Assembly (NCBI GenBank): GCA_963693055.1
Contig: OY843751.1
Location: 3,616,001-3,680,000 of the forward strand
Length of the DNA stretch: 64,000 bases
Source of the DNA: a bacterium
GTDB taxonomy: Bacteria > Zhuqueibacterota > Zhuqueibacteria > Residuimicrobiales > Krinioviventaceae
Reading direction: 5' to 3'
This document shows positions 59,468 to 64,000 of the stretch, one piece after another (positions within the stretch are counted from its first letter, which is position 1; every line of letters starts with the position of its first letter). Position numbers and translations under genes: made by a program. The notes under the pieces are model-generated. The model searched no databases and was not told the DNA's origin. It saw nothing but the letters and a program-made list of their open reading frames with translations.

Positions 59468-59669
59468 TATTTTCGAGACATTATAAGACTATCAAGTCTT
59501 GAAAATCTATCTCAAAACCCATCCCACATCCAAATGATTTATTCATCTCCAAAACCGAGACAGAACTTTTATTACGCCATCGCCCACCACTCAAAATTTT
59601 GAATACCCTTTATTACTAAAAAAACTCTGTATTTTATTATATAATATTTTATCTTAAAAAGATAAGCAG

Positions 59670-61199
59670 ATGCATAATAACCTATATAAAGGCATTATGA
59701 TGAACCAGCTCACGCGTCGTAAATTCATAAAAATTCTCGGCAGCAGTGCAATGGCTGTGCCCTTTTCATGTTCATTATCATCAAAAAGCTTGAAAAACGA
59801 GAAACCCAACATATTGTTTATTGCAGTTGATGATCTTCGACCACAGCTCGGATGTTATGGAAATAACGAGATAATTTCTCCACACATTGACAGCCTTGCC
59901 AGCGAGAGTTTGGTATTTGATCATGCGTATTGTCAGCAGCCCATTTGTATGGCATCTCGGGCAAGTTTAATGAGCGGGTATCGACCTGATTTTAATAATA
60001 TCTATAATTGTGGCCCATTAACAGATCTTGTACCCAATGCATTAACTATCAATAAACATTTTGAAAATAATGGATACGCTATATGGGCATCGGGTAAAAT
60101 CTATCACTATGGTTCTGACCGAAAGCAGCAATTTGGTGACAGATATGTCAAACCCAAAGGAGACTGGCAGGGACGTGGGTATCTTGCAAACGAATCTATT
60201 GAAATAATTAAAGAATATCAAAATCAGGGCGGTCCCGGAGGTGGACGAGGTCCTGCTTTTGAAGCTCCGGATGTGCCGGATAATGCATATCATGACGGGA
60301 TTATGACAGAGATGGCCATTGAACAATTGCAGAAATTCAAAGACTCTGAAAATCCGTTTTTTATGGCACTGGGATTCAAAAAGCCGCATTTGCCATTCAA
60401 TGCACCCAAAAAATATTGGGACATGTATTCCGAACAGGATATCAAGCTTGCAGATAATCCGTTCTTACCAAAAAACGCTACAAAATATACTCCCTATAAT
60501 TTTGGAGAGTTGAGAAATTATTATGGAATCCCCAAAAATAGTGAACCTTTCTCCGACGATCTCAACAGAACATTGAAACATGGGTATTATGCTTGTGTCA
60601 CCTATATTGACACTCAAATTGGTATGGTTCTTACAGAGTTGGAAAAACTGAAATTACGGGAAAACACCATAATCATTCTTTGGGGAGATCATGGATGGAA
60701 ACTGGGTGAACATGGCATGTGGTGCAAGCACACCCCCTTTGAACTGGATTGCAGGGTGCCCATGATCATCAGTGTGCCGGGTAGCTCCTCTGCCGGCAAA
60801 CGTGTAACCTCTTTTGCTGAATTTGTGGACATCTATCCTACCTTGTGCGAATTGTGTGGTCTGGAATTACCAGAGCATTTACAGGGTGACAGTCTTGTTC
60901 CGGTAATCAAAAATCCGGACAAACCGGGTAAAGCGGCAGCATATACACAATGGCCCAAAAGCCACCGCACGGATCCTGAAAAAGTCATTACGGGGTACTC
61001 GGTTAAAACCAAATTCTATCGTTATACAGAATGGACCCGGAACAGTACCGGTGAGGTTTTAGCCAAAGAATTGTATAATCATGAGAACGATCCGGATGAA
61101 AATGTAAATATTGCAAACATTCAAGAGAATCAAGTGGTAGTTGCTCGTATGAGCAAGCTATTGGATGGCGGAAAAGGTTGGAAAAATAACAGACTGTAA
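59670..61199 (+). CDS. Formylglycine-dependent sulfatase (iduronate-2-sulfatase-like), Tat-exported
   Basis: TRRKFIK twin-arginine motif (likely start 59697 or 59700), PNILFIAVDDLRP, CMASRASLMSG, GKIYH, KPHLPF, WGDHGW.LGEH. Confidence 0.92.
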   Translation: MHNNLYKGIMMNQLTRRKFIKILGSSAMAVPFSCSLSSKSLKNEKPNILFIAVDDLRPQLGCYGNNEIISPHIDSLASESLVFDHAYCQQPICMASRASLMSGYRPDFNNIYNCGPLTDLVPNALTINKHFENNGYAIWASGKIYHYGSDRKQQFGDRYVKPKGDWQGRGYLANESIEIIKEYQNQGGPGGGRGPAFEAPDVPDNAYHDGIMTEMAIEQLQKFKDSENPFFMALGFKKPHLPFNAPKKYWDMYSEQDIKLADNPFLPKNATKYTPYNFGELRNYYGIPKNSEPFSDDLNRTLKHGYYACVTYIDTQIGMVLTELEKLKLRENTIIILWGDHGWKLGEHGMWCKHTPFELDCRVPMIISVPGSSSAGKRVTSFAEFVDIYPTLCELCGLELPEHLQGDSLVPVIKNPDKPGKAAAYTQWPKSHRTDPEKVITGYSVKTKFYRYTEWTRNSTGEVLAKELYNHENDPDENVNIANIQENQVVVARMSKLLDGGKGWKNNRL

Positions 61200-61217
61200 A
61201 GATTTAAAGAAAGATTT

Positions 61218-61880
61218 TTATAAAAACGGTTGATCAAATCTTTTATCAAATACACCATTTTTTTTGAGTTGATTGTCCCAGTAAAAATTGGCAAATCCCG
61301 TTTTTTGTAACAACTTGAACACCTGAATACGTCTTGCGGGCATCTTTTCCCAGGGTGTGAGTTGCTTTATTAGATCCTGGTCAAACGTATTATTTTGTGA
61401 AAAGTTCTCTCCCAGTTTGTAAAAGGTATTATATAATTTCTTGGTCATGGATGGTGGCATAATTTGGATACCCTCTACTCCGCCTTTGACAATTGTTCCC
61501 AAATAATCACACCCTAATCTTTTGGCAAGTTTCTCAAGGTATCTTTCAACATATCTTGAATGGATAGGTTCCGGAAATCCGGATTGCACAATAAATCCGA
61601 GTCGGGGATTATTTGCTCGCCCACATAACGGTTCAAGTGCATCAATAAAATATTTCACAATACCCGGCATTGCATCTGTATATAATGGAAATGCAATAAT
61701 AACGTTCTCGGCCTTTTCAAAAAGCTCTACATGTTGTTGAACATTTTTGGTATGTATGAGATAGGCAATACTAAACTCTTTGTCATTATTTTTGTTGAAT
61801 CCCTTTGTAAAATGATCCAATAAAATTGCTGTATTGCTGTTTTTCCCACGGGGAGACCCGTTAAATATTGTCAATTGCAT
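61218..61880 (-). CDS. Flavodoxin-fold (NADPH-dependent FMN reductase-like) protein
   Basis: FNGSPRGKNSNT, AFPLYTDAMPG, QSGFPE. Confidence 0.8.
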   Translation of the reverse strand: MQLTIFNGSPRGKNSNTAILLDHFTKGFNKNNDKEFSIAYLIHTKNVQQHVELFEKAENVIIAFPLYTDAMPGIVKYFIDALEPLCGRANNPRLGFIVQSGFPEPIHSRYVERYLEKLAKRLGCDYLGTIVKGGVEGIQIMPPSMTKKLYNTFYKLGENFSQNNTFDQDLIKQLTPWEKMPARRIQVFKLLQKTGFANFYWDNQLKKNGVFDKRFDQPFL

Positions 61881-62415
61881 ATATCATCTCCCCTATCTCT
61901 TGTTCTGTTGTTATAGTGAAAACCAGTTCTGATTTAAAATTCAAAGCAAGTCGTTTATAAATATCATTAATAATTTCAACATCCTCATCATCAGAATTTG
62001 CATCTTTATCAAGTAGCAAACCTAATCGGGGATAAGATTCGTAACGCTTGTGATGATGGCTTTCATTCTGAACAAATTCGATATAGGGATGAAGCAATGG
62101 AATTAGCTTGTCCTGAAGTCGCTTTAGTATAGCACTCGTAAATCCCATAATGATAGGCGATGCAAATAAAACAAAATCCGAATGAATGATTTTATGACAA
62201 ATATCATGAGAATCATCTGACACAAAACATTTTCCGGGGGTTTTGACCCAACAACTCCAACACCCAATACAATATTTTATACGTTTCTCTTCAAGCTTTA
62301 TATGTTCAAGCGTGTGATCACTATTATTCAATAAATCGACAATATTATTAAGATATTGATCTAATTTATTGTTATGATCCGTATTGCCATCAATTAATAG
62401 AATTTTCATTTTCAT
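61861..62415 (-). CDS. Iron-sulfur flavoprotein-like flavodoxin-family protein
   Basis: CIGCWSCW.KTPGKC..DD, FASP, LKRLQDK. Confidence 0.8.
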   Translation of the reverse strand: MKMKILLIDGNTDHNNKLDQYLNNIVDLLNNSDHTLEHIKLEEKRIKYCIGCWSCWVKTPGKCFVSDDSHDICHKIIHSDFVLFASPIIMGFTSAILKRLQDKLIPLLHPYIEFVQNESHHHKRYESYPRLGLLLDKDANSDDEDVEIINDIYKRLALNFKSELVFTITTEQEIGEMIYAIDNI

Positions 62416-62432
62416 ACTCGTTATGTAACAAG

Positions 62433-62449
62433 AATAGTTGACAACTATT
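62433..62449. promoter_or_regulatory. Perfect palindrome, candidate operator
   Basis: AATAGTTG-A-CAACTATT, 18 nt upstream of the flavodoxin-pair start. Confidence 0.45.
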
Positions 62450-62632
62450 ACAACCTGAAACTTTTAACCAGGAACTGTTAGATTTTACGATTCTATATGT
62501 TTTTTGTTACAATTTATTCTAAAATGAAATATCAGAAAAACATAAAAATAATACATTTTCATGTTGTTTATTACTCATAAATATCATTAATTAATATGTT
62601 ATAGAGAATGTATTCATCAAGAGGCACTCTTT

Positions 62633-64000
62633 ATGAAAAGATACGGTTTATTTTTCCTCATTCTGTTTATCCTCGCAAATCTGGTATATTCTCAAAACCT
62701 GAAAAACAACAACACGCTCAAGAGCAAATCCATTAGTCCCAATCTGTTTGGTATTTTCTTTGAAGACCTCAATTACGCGGCAGATGGCGGACTGTATGCA
62801 GAGCTGGTACAAAACCGGTCATTCGAGTATTCACCCAGTGATATAGACAACTGGCACGATGAAACAAACTGGCACCCGTTTACTGCCTGGCAGTTTATGA
62901 CAAAAGGTTTTGGCTATGGCACTATATCCTTAGAAACCAGGAATCCGGTACACCCCGACAATCCCCACTATATACAAATACACATAGAGGAAGCCGGGGC
63001 AAATGGTGTAGGCATTATGAACATGGGGTATAACGGCATGGTTATAAAATCGGGCGAGCAATACCGATTTTCGGTTTTCATAAACCAAATCTCAGACAAA
63101 CCCATCCCCCTTGTTGTTAAACTGGAAGATAAATCGGGTGAAACACTTGCAGAATCAAATTTTGCTACTGACAGTATGGTTTGGAAAAAATACGAGGTTT
63201 TGCTAACCGCAAACACCCGTTGTGATTCTGCACACCTGGTTTTACTGGCACAAGCACCTGGCAAACTTGATATAGACATGGTCTCACTATTTCCGCAAAA
63301 CACGTTTAAAAATCGTAAAAATGGCCTGCGCAAAGATTTAGCAGAAACCATTGCTGCATTGCAGCCTAAATTCATGCGATTCCCCGGAGGATGTCTGGTA
63401 CATGGTGATGGTCTTGAAAATATATACAAATGGAAAAATACAATAGGACCTGTAGAACAACGCAAAGAACAGCGAAATATTTGGCAATATCGTCAATCAG
63501 GTGGACTGGGGTATTTTGAGTATTTTCAATTCTGTGATGACATTGGTGCAATACCTATCCCTGTTATACCGGCTGCAGTGAGCTGCCAAAATTCAGGAGG
63601 TACCTGGCGAACCGGTAGCAACGGACAAAAATGCCTGCCTATGCAAGATATGGAATCATATATTCAGGATGTGTTGGATCTGATTGAATATGCTAATGGC
63701 CCTGCAACCTCTGACTGGGGCGCAAAACGTGCAAACGCTGGGCATCCTGCTCCATTTAATCTGAAATATCTGGGAATTGGCAATGAAGACAAGATCACAC
63801 CTGGATTCAAAGAACGCTTTGAAATGATATATAATGCCATAAAAAAAATACATCCAGAAATCACTGTCATTGGAACGGTTGGGCCTTTTTCTGCCGGCGA
63901 AGATTATGAAAATGGCTGGGCTTTTGCCAAAGAGCTAAAATTGGCAATGGTAGATGAGCACTATTACAATCATCCGGAATGGTTTCTAAATAATCAAAAT
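62633..64000 (+). CDS. Alpha-L-arabinofuranosidase GH51, runs off the right edge
   Basis: Manual translation from ATG 62633 gives MKRYGLFFLILFILANLVYS...LFGIFFEDLNYAADGGLYAELVQNRSFEY, with RFPGGC, LGYFEYFQFC, GIGNED and DEHYY. Confidence 0.93.
   Translation, partial: MKRYGLFFLILFILANLVYSQNLKNNNTLKSKSISPNLFGIFFEDLNYAADGGLYAELVQNRSFEYSPSDIDNWHDETNWHPFTAWQFMTKGFGYGTISLETRNPVHPDNPHYIQIHIEEAGANGVGIMNMGYNGMVIKSGEQYRFSVFINQISDKPIPLVVKLEDKSGETLAESNFATDSMVWKKYEVLLTANTRCDSAHLVLLAQAPGKLDIDMVSLFPQNTFKNRKNGLRKDLAETIAALQPKFMRFPGGCLVHGDGLENIYKWKNTIGPVEQRKEQRNIWQYRQSGGLGYFEYFQFCDDIGAIPIPVIPAAVSCQNSGGTWRTGSNGQKCLPMQDMESYIQDVLDLIEYANGPATSDWGAKRANAGHPAPFNLKYLGIGNEDKITPGFKERFEMIYNAIKKIHPEITVIGTVGPFSAGEDYENGWAFAKELKLAMVDEHYYNHPEWFLNNQN

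Noticed and set aside
59930-59980. Sulfatase motif CxAxR instead of CxPxR as a sign of inactivity
   Set aside because: CxAxR is a known functional variant, and the catalytic Cys and Arg are retained.
62968-63870. Minus-strand ORFs of 65-165 aa
   Set aside because: They are antisense shadows of the edge-truncated GH51 gene.

Overview
AT-rich chromosomal window from a diderm bacterium that uses Shine-Dalgarno sites and carries PorX, PorV/PorQ-like and T9SS-CTD-like genes. This is consistent with a non-Bacteroidota FCB-related lineage such as KSB1, Calditrichota or Ignavibacteria (inference only). (1) 1-17151, minus strand: pectin-type polysaccharide utilisation locus with two GH28, a GH65-like enzyme, a GH43, a GH63/GH142-like enzyme, and XylR and LacI regulators. 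Its uptake module is a TonB-dependent receptor + CTD-bearing surface protein + PorV/PorQ-like barrel rather than SusC/SusD. (2) tRNA-Met, a NUDIX-like gene, pgi and cstA. (3) 21700-39295, minus strand: a type IV pilus locus with PilB, PilC, PilT, a secretin, apparent PilM-PilN and PilO-PilP fusions, an invasin-like Ig-repeat lipoprotein and embedded signalling genes. All four pilin-like genes lack a class III leader peptide, have in-frame stops just upstream, and there is no prepilin peptidase in the window. This is the best candidate for an undescribed system. (4) 39908-56746, plus strand: porX-tsaE-tsaB-rimI-accD-surE-guaA-glmS, envelope genes, uppP, holA, an ECF sigma/anti-sigma pair with an HtrA homologue that has lost its catalytic triad, and rdgB. 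(5) tRNA-Pro with a 100-bp duplication of its 3' end, then an AT-rich islet with a probable GNAT toxin-antitoxin pair, a sulfatase, two flavodoxin-fold genes and a partial GH51. All family calls come from motif recognition by eye; no database searches were run.
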